Below, in pieces: positions 1 to 15,000 of a stretch of DNA of 64,000 bases. A program made the translations under genes and the position numbers. Within the stretch, counting starts at the first letter, position 1. Every line of letters begins with the position of its first letter. Below the pieces are notes generated by a model that saw nothing but the letters and a program-made list of their open reading frames with translations, did no database searches and was not told the origin of the DNA. Origin of the DNA: Eledone cirrhosa (taxonomy: Eukaryota); assembly GCA_964016885.1 (NCBI GenBank), contig OZ024740.1, forward strand, positions 410,316,001 through 410,380,000, in the 5' to 3' direction.

Positions 1-3000
1 GCAGAAGAAGAAACAATATATTGAGAAGGAGTTAGGCAGAAGGAGAAAGAAAATATTTAGCAGGAGTGAGGCAGAAGAAGAAAGAATATATTTAGAAGGA
101 GTAAGGCAGGAGAAGAAAGAATATATTTAGAAGGATTGAGACAGAAGAAGAAAGAATATATTCAGAAGGAGTGAGGCAGAAAAAGAAAGAATACATTTAG
201 AAGGAGTGAGGCAGAAGAAGAAAGAATATATTTAGCAGGAGTGAGGCAGAAGCGGAACGAATATATTTAGAAGGAGTAAGGCAGAAGAAAGAATATATTT
301 AGAAAGAGTGAGACAGAAGAAGAAAAAATATATTTAGAAGGAGTGAGGCAGAAGAAGAAAGAATATATTTAGCAGGAGTGAGGCAGAAGAAGAAAGAATA
401 TATTTAGACGGAGTGAGGCAGAAGGAGAAAGAATATATTTAGCAGGAGTGAGGCAGAAGAAGAAAGAATATATTTAGAAGGAGTAAGGCAGAAGAAGAAA
501 GAATATATTTAGAAGGAGTGAGGCAGAAGAAGAAAGAATATATTTAGAAGGAGTGAGGCAGAAGAAGAAAGAATATATTCAGAAGGAGTGAGGCAGAAGA
601 AGAAAGAATATATTTAGCAGGAGTGAGGCAGAAGAAGAAAGAATATATTTAGAAGGAGTGAGGGAGAAGAAAGAATATATTTAGAAAGAGTGAGACAGCA
701 GAAGAAAGAATATATTTAGAAGGAGTGATGGAGAAGAAGAAAGAATATATTTAGAAGGAGTGAGGGAGAAGAAAGAATTTATTTAGAAGGGGTGAGACAG
801 AAGAAGAAAGAATATATTTAGAAGGAGTGAGGGAGAAGAAGAAAGAATATATTTAGAAGGAGTGAGGCAGAAGAAGAAAGAATATATTTAGAAAGGGTGA
901 GGCAGAAGAAAGAATATATTTAGAAGGAGTGAGGGAGAAGAAGAAAGAATATATTTAGAAGAAGAAAGGTAGGACAAAGAATATATTTAGAAGGAGTTAG
1001 GGAGAAGGAAGAATATATTTGAAAGAGTGAGGCAGAAGAAGAAAGAATATATTTAGAAGGAGTAAGGGAGAGAAAAAGAATATATTTAGAAAGAGTAAGA
1101 CAAAAGAAGAAAGAATATATTTAGAAGGTATAAGGCAGAAGAAAGAATATATTGAGAGGGAGTGAGGGAGAGGAAGAAAGAATATATTTAGAAGGAGTGA
1201 GGTAGAAGGAGAAAGAATATATTTAGAAGAAGTAAGGTAGAAGAAAGAATATATTTAGAAAGAGTGAGACAGAAGAAGAAAGAATATATTTAGAAGGTAT
1301 AAGGCAGAAGAAAGAATATATTGAGAGGGAGTGAGGTAGAAGAAGAAAGAATATATTAAGAAGGAGTGAGGCAGAAGAAGAAAGAATATATTTAGAAGGA
1401 GTGAGGCAGAAGAAGAAAGAATATATTTAGCAGGAGTGAGGCAGAAGCGGAACGAATATATTTAGAAGGGGTAAGGCAGAAGAAAGAATATATTAAGAAA
1501 GAGTGAGACAGAAGAAGAAAAAATATATTTAGAAGGAGTGAGGCAGAAGAAGAAAGAATATATTTAGCAGGAGTGAGGCAGAAGAAGAAAGAATATATTT
1601 AGACGGAGTGAGGCAGAAGGAGAAAGAATATATTTAGCAGGAGTGAGGCAGAAGAAGAAAGAATATATTTAGAAGGAGTTAGGCAGAAGAAGAAAGAATA
1701 TATTTAGAAGGAGTGAGGCAGAAGAAGAAAGAATATATTTAGAAGGAGTGAGGCAGAAGAAGAAAGAATATATTTAGAAGAAGAAAGGTAGGACAAAGAA
1801 TATATTTAGAAGGAGTTAGGGAGAAGGAAGAATATATTTGAAAGAGTGAGGCAGAAGAAGAAAGAATATATTTAGAAGGAGTAAGGGAGAGAAAAAGAAT
1901 ATATTTAGAAAGAGTAAGACAAAAGAAGAAAGAATATATTTAGAAGGTATAAGGCAGAAGAAAGAATATATTGAGAGGGAGTGAGGGAGAGGAAGAAAGA
2001 ATATATTTAGAAGGAGTGAGGTAGAAGGAGAAAGAATATATTTAGAAGAAGTAAGGTAGAAGAAAGAATATATTTAGAAAGAGTGAGACAGAAGAAGAAA
2101 GAATATATTTAGAAGGTATAAGGCAGAAGAAAGAATATATTGAGAGGGAGTGAGGGAGAGGAAGAAAGAATATATTTAGAAGGAGTGAGGTAGAAGAAGA
2201 AAGAATATATTTAGCAGGAGTGAGGCAGAAGCGGAACGAATATATTTAGAAGGGGTAAGGCAGAAGAAAGAATATATTTAGCAGGAGTGAGGCAGAAGAA
2301 GAAAGAATATATTTAGAAGGAGTAAGGCAGAAGAAGAAAGAATATATTTAGAAGGAGTGAGGCAGAAGAAGAAAGAATATATTTAGAAGGAGTGAGGCAG
2401 AAGAAGAAAGAATATATTTAGAAGGAGTGAGGCAGAAGAAGAAAGAATATATTCAGAAGGAGTGAGGCAGAAGAAGAAAGAATATATTTAGCAGGAGTGA
2501 GGCAGAAGAAGAAAGAATATATTTTAGAGGAGTAAGGCAGAAGAAGAAAGAATATATTTAGAAGGAGTGAGGCAGAAGAAGAAAGAATATATTTAGAAAA
2601 TGTGAGAGAGAAGTGGAAAGAATATATTTAGAAGGAGTGAGGCAGAAGAAAGCATATACTTAGAAAGATTGAGACAGTAGAAGAAATAATATATTTAGAA
2701 GGTATAAGGCAGAAGAAAGAATATATTTAGAAGCAGTGAGGCAGAAGAAGAAAGAATATTTTTAGAAAGAGTGAGGCAGAAGAATAAAGAATATATTTAG
2801 AAGGAGTGACGCAGAAGAAAGAATATATTTAGAAGGAGTGAGGGAAAAGAAGAAAGAATATATTTAGAAGGAGTAAGGCAGAAGAAGAAAGAATATATTT
2901 AGAAGGAGTGAGGCAGAAGAAGAAAGAATATATTTAGAAGGAGTGATGGAGAAGAAGAAAGAATATATTTAGAAGGAGTGAGGGAGAAGAAAGAAGAATA

Positions 3001-6000
3001 TATTAAGAAGGAATGAGGCAGAAGAAGAAAGAATATATTTAGAAGGAGTGAGGGAGAAGAAGAAAGAATATTTTTAGAAAGAGTGAGGCAGAAGAATAAA
3101 GAATATATTTAGAAGGAGTGAGGCAGAAGAAGAAAGAATTTATTTAGAAGGGGTGAGACAGAAGAAGAAAGAATATATTTAGAAGGAGTGAGGGAGAAGA
3201 AGAAAGAATATATTTAGAAGGAGTGAGGCAGAAGAAGAAAGAATATATTTAGAAAGGGTGAGGCAGAAGAAAGAATATATTTAGAAGGAGTGAGGGAGAA
3301 GAAGAAAGAATATATTTAGAAGAAGAAAGGTAGGACAAAGAATATATTTAGAAAGAGTGAGACAGAAGAAGAAAGAATATATTTATAAGGAGTGACGGAG
3401 AAGAAGAAATAATATATTTAGAAGGAGTGAAGCAGAAGAAGAAAGAATATATTTATAAGGAGTTAGGGAGAAGGAAGAATATATTTGAAACAGTGAGACA
3501 GAAGAAGAAAGAATATATTTAGAAGGAGTGAGGGAGAAGAGGAAATAATATATTTAGAAAGAGTGAGGGAGAAGAAGAAAGAATATATTTAGAAGGAGTA
3601 AGGCAGAAGAAAATAAGAATTTATTTAGAAGGAGTGAGGCAGAAGAAGAAAGAATATATTTAGAAGGAATAAGGCAGAAGAAGAAAGAATATATTTAGAA
3701 GGAGTGAGGCAGAAGAAGAAAGAATATATTCAGAAGGAGCGAGGCAGAAGAAGAAAGAATATATTTAGCAGGAGTGAGGCAGAAGAAGAAAGAATATATT
3801 TAGAAGGAGTAAGGCAGAAGAAGAATGAATATATTTAGAAGGAGTGAGGCAGAAGATGAACGAATATATTTAGAAGGAGTAAGGCAGAAGAATGAATATA
3901 TTTAGAAAGAGTGAGACAGAAGAAGAAAAAATATATTTAGAAGGAGTGAGGCAGAAGTGGAACGAATATATTTATAAGGAGTAAGGCAGAAGAAAGAATA
4001 TATTTAGAAAGAGTGAGACAGAAGAAAAAAAATATTTAGAAGGAGTGAGGGAGAAGAAAGAATATATTTAGAAGGAGTGAGGGAGAAGGATTAAGAATAT
4101 ATTTAGAAGGAGTGAGGCAGAAGAAGAAAGAATATATTTAGAAGGAGTGAGGCAGAAGAAGAAAGAATATATTTAGAATGAGTGAGGGAGAAGAAAGAAT
4201 ATATTTAGAAGGAGTAAGGCAGAAGAAAGAATATATTTAGAAAGAGTGAGACAGAAGAAGAAAGAATATATTTAGAAGGAGTGAGGGAGAAGAAGAAAGA
4301 ATATATTTAGAAGGAGTGAGGCAGAAGAAGAAAGAATATATTTAGAAGGAGTGAGTCAGAAGAAGAAAGAATATATTTAGAAGGAGTAAGGCAGAAGAAA
4401 GAATATATTTAGAAAGAGTGAGACAGAAGAAGAAAGAATATATTTAGAAGGAGTGAGGGAGAAGAAGACAGAATATGTTTAGAAAGAGTGAGGCAGAAGA
4501 ATAATGAATATATTTAGAAGGAGTGAGGGAGAAGAAAAAAGAATATATTTAGAAGGAGGGAGGCAGAAGAAGAAAGAACATATTTAGAAGGAGTAAGGGA
4601 GAGAAAAAGAATATATTTAGAAAGAGTGAGACAAAAGAAGAAAGAATATATTTAGAAGGAGTGAGGGAGAAGAAGAAAGAATATATTGAGAGGGAGTGAG
4701 GGAGAAGAAAGAATATATTTAGAAAGAGTGAGACTGAAGAAGAAAGAATATATTTAGATGGAGTGAGGGAGAAGAAGAAAGAATATATTTAGAAGGAGTG
4801 AGGCAGAAGAAGAAAGAATATATTTAGAAGGAGTGAGGCAGAAGAAGAAAGAATATATTTAGAAGATGTGAGGGAGAAGAGGAAAGAATATATTTAGAAG
4901 GAGTGAGGCAGAAGAAAGCATATATTTAGAAAGAGTGAGACAGAAGAAGAAATAATATATTTAGAAGGTATAAGGCAGAAGAAAGAATATATTTAGAAGG
5001 AGTGAGGCAGAAGAAGAAAGAATATTTTTAGAAAGAGTGAGGCAGAAGAATAAAGAATATATTTAGAAGGAGTGACGCAGAAGAAAGAATATATTTAGAA
5101 GGAGTGAGGGAGAAGAAGAAAGAATATATTTAGAAGAAGAAAGGTAGGACAAAGAATATATTTAGAAAGAGTGAGACAGAAGAAGAAAGAATATATTTAT
5201 AAGGAGTGACGGAGAAGAAGAAATAATATATTTAGAAGGAGTGAAGCAGAAGAAGAAAGAATATATTTAGAAGGAGTTAGGGAGAAGGAAGAATATATTT
5301 AGAAAGAGTGAGACAGAAGAAGAAAGAATATATTTAGAAGGAGTGAGGGAGAAGAGGAAATAATATATTTAGAAGGAGTGAGGGAGAAGAAGAAAGAATA
5401 TATTTAGAAGGAGTGAGGCAGAAGAAGAAAGAATATATTTAGAAGGAGTAAGGGAGAGAAAAAGAATATATTTAGAAAGAGTAAGACAAAAGAAGAAAGA
5501 ATATATTTAGAAGGTATAAGGCAGAAGAAAGAATATATTGAGAGGGAGTTAGGGAGAGGAAGAAAGAATATATTTAGAAGGAGTGAGGTAGAAGGAGAAA
5601 GAATATATTTAGAAGAAGTAAGGTAGAAGAAAGAATATATTTAGAAAGAGTGAGACAGAAGAAGAAAGAATATATTTAGAAGGTATAAGGCAGAAGAAAG
5701 AATATATTTAGAAGGAGTGAGGGAGAAGAAGAAAGAATATATTTAGAAGGAGTGAGGCAGAAGGAGAAAGAATATATTTAGCAGGAGTGAGGCAGAAGAA
5801 GAAACAATATATTGAGAAGGAGTTAGGCAGAAGGAGAAAGAAAATATTTAGCAGGAGTGGGGCAGAAGAAGAAAGAATATATTTAGAAGGAGTAAGGCAG
5901 GAGAAGAAAGAATATATTTAGAAGGAGTGAGGCAGAAGAAGAAAGAATATATTCAGAAGGAGTGAGGCAGAAGAAGAAAGAATACATTTAGAAGGAGTGA

Positions 6001-9000
6001 GGCAGAAGAAGAAAGAATATATTTAGCAGGAGTGAGGCAGAAGCGGAACGAATATATTTAGAAGGAGTAAGGCAGAAGAAAGAATATATTTAGAAAGAGT
6101 GAGACAGAAGAAGAAAAAATATATTTAGAAGGAGTGAGGCAGAAGAAGAAAGAATATATTTAGCAGGAGTGAGGCAGAAGAAGAAAGAATATATTTAGAC
6201 GGAGTGAGGAAGAAGGAGAAAGAATATATTTAGCAGGAGTGAGGCAGAAGAAGAAAGAATATATTTAGAAGGAGTAAGGCAGAAGAAGAAAGAATATATT
6301 TAGAAGGAGTGAGGCAGAAGAAGAAAGAATATATTTAGAAGGAGTGAGGCAGAAGAAGAAAGAATATATTCAGAAGGAGTGAGGCAGAAGAAGAAAGAAT
6401 ATATTTAGCAGGAGTGAGGCAGAAGAAGAAAGAATATATTTTAAAGGAGTAAGGCAGAAGAAGAAAGAATATATTTAGAAGGAATGAGGCAGAAGAAGGA
6501 AGAATATATTTAGAAAATGTGAGAGAGAAGTGGAAAGAATATATTTAGAAGGAGTGAGGCAGAAGAAAGCATATATTTAGAAAGATTGAGACAGTAGAAG
6601 AAATAATATATTTAGAAGGTATAAGGCAGAAGAAAGAATATATTTAGAAGCAGTGAGGCAGAAGAAGAAAGAATATTTTTAGAAAGAGTGAGGCAGAAGA
6701 ATAAAGAATATATTTAGAAGGAGTGACGCAGAAGAAAGAATATATTTAGAAGGAGTGAGGGAAAAGAAGAAAGAATATATTTAGAAGGAGTAAGGCAGAA
6801 GAAGAAAGAATATATTTAGAAGGAGTGAGGCAGAAGAAGAAAGAATATATTTAGAAGGAGTGAGGGAGAAGAAAGAATATATTTAGAAGGAGTGAGGGAG
6901 AAGAAAGAAGAATATATTAAGAAGGAATGAGGCAGAAGAAGAAAGAATATATTTAGAAGGAGTGAGGGAGAAGAAGAAAGAATATTTTTAGAAAGAGTGA
7001 GGCAGAAGAAGAAAGAATTTATTTAGAAGGGGTGAGACAGAAGAAGAAAGAATATATTTAGAAGGAGTGAGGGAGAAGAGGAAATAATATATTTAGAAGG
7101 AGTGAGGGAGAAGAAGAAAGAATATATTTAGAAGGAGTGAGGCAGAAGAAGAAACAATATATTTAGAAGGAGTAAGGGAGAGAAAAAGAATATATTTAGA
7201 AAGAGTGAGACAAAAGAAGAAAGAATATATTTAGAAGGAGTGAGGTAGAAGGAGAAAGAATATATTTAGAAGAAGTAAGGTAGAAGAAAGAATATATTTA
7301 GAAAGAGTGAGGCAGAAGAAGAAAGAATATATTTAGAAGGAGTGTGGGAGTAGAAAGAATATATTCAGAAGGAGTGAGGTAGAATATATTTAGAAGGAGT
7401 GAGGGAGAAGAAGAAAGAATATATTTAGAAGGAGTGAGGGATAAGAAGAAAGAATATATTTAGAAGGAGTGAGCAGAAGAAGGAAGAATATATTTAGAAG
7501 GGGTGAGGGAGAAGAAAGAATATATTTAGAAGGAGTGAGGGAGAAGGATTAAGAATATATTTAGAAGGAGTGAGGCAGAAGAAGAAAGAATATATTTAGA
7601 ATGAGTGAGGGAGAAGAGAGAATATATTTAGAAGGAGTAAGGCAGAAGAAAGAATATATTTAGAAGGAGTACGGCAGAAGAATATATTTAGAAAGAGTGA
7701 GACAGAAGAAGAAAGAATATATTTAGAAGGAGTGGGGGAGAAGAAGAAAGAATATATTTAGAAGGAGTGAGGCAGAAGAAGAAAGAATATATTTAGAAGG
7801 AGTGAGGCAGAAGAAGGAAGAATATATTTAGAAGGAGTAAGGCAGAAGAAAGAATATATTTAGAAAGAGTGAGACAGAAGAAGAAAGAATATATTTAGAA
7901 GGAGTGAGGGAGAAGAAGACAGAATATGTTTAGAAAGAGTGAGGCAGAAGAATAATGAATATATTTAGAAGGAGTGAGGGAGAAGAAGAAAGAATATATT
8001 TAGAAGGAGTTAGGCAGAAGAAGAAAGAATATATTTAGAAGGAGTAAGGGAGAGAAAAAGAATATATTTAGAAAGAGTGAGACAAAAGAAGAAAGAATAT
8101 ATTTAGAAGGAGTGAGGGAGAGAAGAAAGAATATATTGAGAGGGAGTGAGGGAGAAGAAGAAAGAATATATTTAGAAGGAGTGAGGCAGAAGAAGAAAGA
8201 ATATATTTAGAAGGAGTGAGGGAGAAGAAAGAATATATTTAGCAGGAGTGAGGGAGAAGGATTAAGAATATATTTAGAAGGAGTGAAGCAGAAGAAGAAA
8301 GAAGATATTTAGAAGCAGTGAGGCAGAAGAAGAAAGAATATCTTTAGAATGAGTGAGGGAGAAGAAAGAATATATTTAGAAGGAGTAAGGCAGAAGAATA
8401 TATTTAGAAAGAGTGAGACAGAAGAAGAAAGAATATATTTAGAAGGAGCGAGGGAGAAGAAGAAAGAATATATTTAGAAGGAGTGAGGCAGAAGAAGAAA
8501 GAATATATTTAGAACGAGTAAGGCAGAAGAAGACAGAATATGTTTAGAAAGAGTGATGCAGAAGAATAATGAATATATTTAGGAGTGAGGGAGAAGAAGA
8601 AAGAATATATTTAGAAGAAGTGAGGCAGAAGAAGAAAGAATATATTTAGAAGGAGTAAGGGAGAGAAAAACAATATATTTAGAAAGAGTGAGACAAAAGA
8701 AGAAAGAATATATTTAGAAGGAGTGAGGGAGAAGAAGAAAGAATATATTGAGAGGGAGTGAGGGAGAAGAAGAAAGAATATATTTAGAAGGAGTAAGGAA
8801 AAAGAAGAAAAAATATATTTAGAAGGAGTGAGGCAGAAGGAGAAAGAATATATTTAGAAGAAGTAAGGTAGAAGAAAGAATATATTTAGAAAGAGTGAGA
8901 CAGAAGAACAAAGAATATATATAGAAGGAGTGAGGGAGAAGAAGAAAGAATATATTTAGAAGGAGTGAGGCAGAAGAAAGCATATATTTAGAAAGAGTGA

Positions 9001-12000
9001 GACAGAAGAAGAAATAATATATTTAGAAGGTATAAGGCAGAAGAAAGAATATATTTAGAAGGAGTGAGGCAGAAGAAGAAAGAATATTTTTAGAAAGAGT
9101 GAGGCAGAAGAATAAAGAATATATTTAGAAGGAGTGACGCAGAAGAAAGAATATATTTAGAAGGAGTGAGAGAGAAGAAGAAAGAATATATTTAGAAGAA
9201 GAAAGGTAGGACAAAGAATATATTTAGAAAGAGTGAGACAGAAGAAGAAAGAATATATTTATAAGGAGTGACGGAGAAGAAGAAATAATATATTTAGAAG
9301 GAGTGAAGCAGAAGAAGAAAGAATATATTTAGAAGGAGTTAGGGAGAAGGAAGAATATATTTAGAAAGAGTGAGACAGAAGAAGAAAGAATATATTTAGA
9401 AGGAGTGAGGGAGAAGAGGAAATAATATATTTAGAAGGAGTGAGGGAGAAGAAGAAAGAATATATTTAGAAGGAGTGAGGCAGAAGAAAGCATATATTTA
9501 GAAAGAGTGAGACAGAAGAAGAAATAATATATTTAGAAGGTATAAGGCAGAAGAAAGAATATATTTAGAAGGAGTGAGGCAGAAGAAGAAAGAATATTTT
9601 TAGAAAGAGTGAGGCAGAAGAATAAAGAATATATTTAGAAGGAGTGACGCAGAAGAAAGAATATATTTAGAAGGAGTGAGGGAGAAGAAGAAAGAATATA
9701 TTTAGAAGAAGAAAGGTAGGACAAAGAATATATTTAGAAAGAGTGAGACAGAAGAAGAAAGAATATATTTATAAGGAGTGACGGAGAAGAAGAAATAATA
9801 TATTTAGAAGGAGTGAAGCAGAAGAAGAAAGAATATATTTAGAAGGAGTTAGGGAGAAGGAAGAATATATTTAGAAAGAGTGAGACAGAAGAAGAAAGAA
9901 TATATTTAGAAGGAGTGAGGGAGAAGAGGAAATAATATATTTAGAAGGAGTGAGGGAGAAGAAGAAAGAATATATTTAGAAGGAGTGAGGCAGAAGAAGA
10001 AAGAATATATTTAGAAGGAGTAAGGGAGAGAAAAAGAATATATTTAGAAAGAGTAAGACAAAAGAAGAAAGAATATATTTAGAAGGTATAAGGCAGAAGA
10101 AAGAATATATTGAGAGGGAGTTAGGGAGAGGAAGAAAGAATATATTTAGAAGGAGTGAGGTAGAAGGAGAAAGAATATATTTAGAAGAAGTAAGGTAGAA
10201 GAAAGAATATATTTAGAAAGAGTGAGACAGAAGAAGAAAGAATATATTTAGAAGGTATAAGGCAGAAGAAAGAATATATTTAGAAGGAGTGAGGGAGAAG
10301 AAGAAAGAATATATTTAGAAGGAGTGAGGCAGAAGGAGAAAGAATATATTTAGCAGGAGTGAGGCAGAAGAAGAAACAATATATTGAGAAGGAGTTAGGC
10401 AGAAGGAGAAAGAAAATATTTAGCAGGAGTGGGGCAGAAGAAGAAAGAATATATTTAGAAGGAATAAGGCAGGAGAAGAAAGAATATATTTAGAAGGAGT
10501 GAGGCAGAAGAAGAAAGAATATATTCAGAAGGAGTGAGGCAGAAGAAGAAAGAATACATTTAGAAGGAGTGAGGCAGAAGAAGAAAGAATATATTTAGCA
10601 GGAGTGAGGCAGAAGCGGAACGAATATATTTAGAAGGAGTAAGGCAGAAGAAAGAATATATTTAGAAAGAGTGAGACAGAAGAAGAAAAAATATATTTAG
10701 AAGGAGTGAGGCAGAAGAAGAAAGAATATATTTAGCAGGAGTGAGGCAGAAGAAGAAAGAATATATTTAGACGGAGTGAGGAAGAAGGAGAAAGAATATA
10801 TTTAGCAGGAGTGAGGCAGAAGAAGAAAGAATATATTTAGAAGGAGTAAGGCAGAAGAAGAAAGAATATATTTAGAAGGAGTTAGGCAGAAGAAGAAAGA
10901 ATATATTTAGAAGGAGTGAGGCAGAAGAAGAAAGAATATATTCAGAAGGAGTGAGGCAGAAGAAGAAAGAATATATTTAGCAGGAGTGAGGCAGAAGAAG
11001 AAAGAATATATTTTAAAGGAGTAAGGCAGAAGAAGAAAGAATATATTTAGAAGGAATGAGGCAGAAGAAGGAAGAATATATTTAGAAAATGTGAGAGAGA
11101 AGTGGAAAGAATATATTTAGAAGGAGTGAGGCAGAAGAAAGCATATATTTAGAAAGATTGAGACAGTAGAAGAAATAATATATTTAGAAGGTATAAGGCA
11201 GAAGAAAGAATATATTTAGAAGCAGTGAGGCAGAAGAAGAAAGAATATTTTTAGAAAGAGTGAGGCAGAAGAATAAAGAATATATTTAGAAGGAGTGACG
11301 CAGAAGAAAGAATATATTTAGAAGGAGTGAGGGAAAAGAAGAAAGAATATATTTAGAAGGAGTAAGGCAGAAGGAGAAAGAATATATTTAGAAGGAGTGA
11401 GGCAGAAGAAGAAAGAATATATTTAGAAGGAGTGAGGGAGAAGAAAGAATATATTTAGAAGGAGTGAGGGAGAAGAAAGAAGAATATATTAAGAAGGAAT
11501 GAGGCAGAAGAAGAAAGAATATATTTAGAAGGAGTGAGGGAGAAGAAGAAAGAATATTTTTAGAAAGAGTGAGGCAGAAGAAGAAAGAATTTATTTAGAA
11601 GGGGTGAGACAGAAGAAGAAAGAATATATTTAGAAGGAGTGAGGGAGAAGAGGAAATAATATATTTAGAAGGAGTGAGGGAGAAGAAGAAAGAATATATT
11701 TAGAAGGAGTGAGGCAGAAGAAGAAACAATATATTTAGAAGGAGTAAGTGAGAGAAAAAGAATATATTTAGAAAGAGTGAGACAAAAGAAGAAAGAATAT
11801 ATTTAGAAGGAGTGAGGTAGAAGGAGAAAGAATATATTTAGAAGAAGTAAGGTAGAAGAAAGAATATATTTAGAAAGAGTGAGGCAGAAGAAGAAAGAAT
11901 ATATTTAGAAGGAGTGTGGGAGTAGAAAGAATATATTCAGAAGGAGTGAGGTAGAATATATTTAGAAGGAGTGAGGGAGAAGAAGAAAGAATATATTTAG

Positions 12001-15000
12001 AAGGAGTGAGGGATAAGAAGAAAGAATATATTTAGAAGGAGTGAGCAGAAGAAGGAAGAATATATTTAGAAGGGGTGAGGGAGAAGAAAGAATATATTTA
12101 GAAGGAGTGAGGGAGAAGGATTAAGAATATATTTAGAAGGAGTGAGGCAGAAGAAGAAAGAATATATTTAGAATGAGTGAGGGAGAAGAGAGAATATATT
12201 TAGAAGGAGTAAGGCAGAAGAAAGAATATATTTAGAAGGAGTACGGCAGAAGAATATATTTAGAAAGAGTGAGACAGAAGAAGAAAGAATATATTTAGAA
12301 GGAGTGGGGGAGAAGAAGAAAGAATATATTTAGAAGGAGTGAGGCAGAAGAAGAAAGAATATATTTAGAAGGAGTGAGGCAGAAGAAGGAAGAATATATT
12401 TAGAAGGAGTAAGGCAGAAGAAAGAATATATTTAGAAAGAGTGAGACAGAAGAAGAAAGAATATATTTAGAAGGAGTGAGGGAGAAGAAGACAGAATATG
12501 TTTAGAAAGAGTGAGGCAGAAGAATAATGAATATATTTAGAAGGAGTGAGGGAGAAGAAGAAAGAATATATTTAGAAGGAGTTAGGCAGAAGAAGAAAGA
12601 ATATATTTAGAAGGAGTAAGGGAGAGAAAAAGAATATATTTAGAAAGAGTGAGACAAAAGAAGAAAGAATATATTTAGAAGGAGTGAGGGAGAGAAGAAA
12701 GAATATATTGAGAGGGAGTGAGGGAGAAGAAGAAAGAATATATTTAGAAGGAGTGAGGCAGAAGAAGAAAGAATATATTTAGAAGGAGTGAGGGAGAAGA
12801 AAGAATATATTTAGCAGGAGTGAGGGAGAAGGATTAAGAATATATTTAGAAGGAGTGAAGCAGAAGAAGAAAGAAGATATTTAGAAGCAGTGAGGCAGAA
12901 GAAGAAAGAATATCTTTAGAATGAGTGAGGGAGAAGAAAGAATATATTTAGAAGGAGTAAGGCAGAAGAATATATTTAGAAAGAGTGAGACAGAAGAAGA
13001 AAGAATATATTTAGAAGGAGCGAGGGAGAAGAAGAAAGAATATATTTAGAAGGAGTGAGGCAGAAGAAGAAAGAATATATTTAGAACGAGTAAGGCAGAA
13101 GAAGACAGAATATGTTTAGAAAGAGTGATGCAGAAGAATAATGAATATATTTAGGAGTGAGGGAGAAGAAGAAAGAATATATTTAGAAGAAGTGAGGCAG
13201 AAGAAGAAAGAATATATTTAGAAGGAGTAAGGGAGAGAAAAACAATATATTTAGAAAGAGTGAGACAAAAGAAGAAAGAATATATTTAGAAGGAGTGAGG
13301 GAGAAGAAGAAAGAATATATTGAGAGGGAGTGAGGGAGAAGAAGAAAGAATATATTTAGAAGGAGTAAGGAAAAAGAAGAAAAAATATATTTAGAAGGAG
13401 TGAGGCAGAAGGAGAAAGAATATATTTAGAAGAAGTAAGGTAGAAGAAAGAATATATTTAGAAAGAGTGAGACAGAAGAACAAAGAATATATATAGAAGG
13501 AGTGAGGGAGAAGAAGAAAGAATATATTTAGAAGGAGTGAGGCAGAAGAAGAAAGAATATATTTAGAAGGAGTGAGGGAGAAGAAAGAATATATTTAGAA
13601 AGAGTGAGACAGAAGAAGAAAGAATATATTTAGAAGGAGTGAGGCAGAAGAAGAAAGAATATATTTAGAAGGAGTGAGGTAGAAGAAAGCATATATTTAG
13701 AAAGAGTGAGACAGAAGAACAAAGAATATATATAGAAGGAGTGAGGGAGAAGAAGAAAGAATATATTTAGAAGGAGTGAGGCAGAAGAAGAAAGAATATA
13801 TTTAGAAGGAGTGAGGGAGAAGAAAGAATATATTTAGAAAGAGTGAGACAGAAGAAGAAAGAATATATTTAGAAGGAGTGAGGCAGAAGAAGTAAGAATA
13901 TATTTAGAAAATGTGAGAGAGAATTGGAAAGAATATATTTAGAAGGAGTGAGGCAGAAGAAAGCATATATTTAGAAAGATTGAGACAGAAGAAGAAATAA
14001 TAAATTTAGAAGTTATGAGGCAGAAGAAAGAATATATTTAGAAGCAGTGAGGCAGAAGAAGAAAGAATATTTTTAGAAAGAGTGAGGCAGAAGAATAAAG
14101 AATATATTTAGAAGTAGTGACGCAGAAGAAAGAATATATTTAGAAGGAGTGAGGGAAAAGAAGAAAGAATATATTTAGAAAGAGTGAGACAGCAGAAGAA
14201 AGAATATATTTAGAAGGAGTGAGGGAGAAGAAGAAAGAATATATTTAGAAGGAGTGAGGGAGAAGAAAGAAGAATATATTAAGAAGGAATGAGGCAGAAG
14301 AAGAAAGAATATATTTAGAAGGAGTGAGGGAGAAGAAGAAAGAATATATTTAGAAAGAGTGAGGCAGAAGAATAAAGAATATATTTAGAATGAGTGAGGC
14401 AGAAGAAGAAAGAATATATTTAGAAGGGTGAGACAGAAGAAGAAAGAATATATTTGTAAGGAGTGAGGGAGAAGAAGAAAGAATATATTTAGAAGGAGTG
14501 AGGCAGAAGAAGAAAGAATATATTTAGAAAGGGTGAGGCAGAAGAAAGAATATACTTAGAAAGAGTGGGACAGAATAAGAAAGAATATATTTAGAAGGTA
14601 TAAGGCACAAGAAAGAATATATTTAGAAGGAGTGAGGCAGAAGAAGAAAGAATATATTTAGAAGGAGTGAGGGAGAAGAAGAAAGAATATATTTAGAAGG
14701 AGTGAGGCAGAAGAAGAAAGAATATATTTAGAAGGAGTGAGGGAGAAGAAAGAATATATTTAGAAAGAGTGAGACTGAAGAAGAAGAATATATTTAGAAG
14801 GAGTGAGGCAGAAGAAGAAAGAATATATTTAGAAAATGTGAGAGAGAAGTGGAAAGAATATATTTAGAAGGAGTGAGGCAGAAGAAAGCATATATTTAGA
14901 AAGAGTAAGGCAGAAGAAGAAAGAATATATTTAGAAGGTGTGAGGCAGAAGAAGAAAGAATATATTTAGAAGGAGTGAGGGAGAAGAAAGAATATATTTA

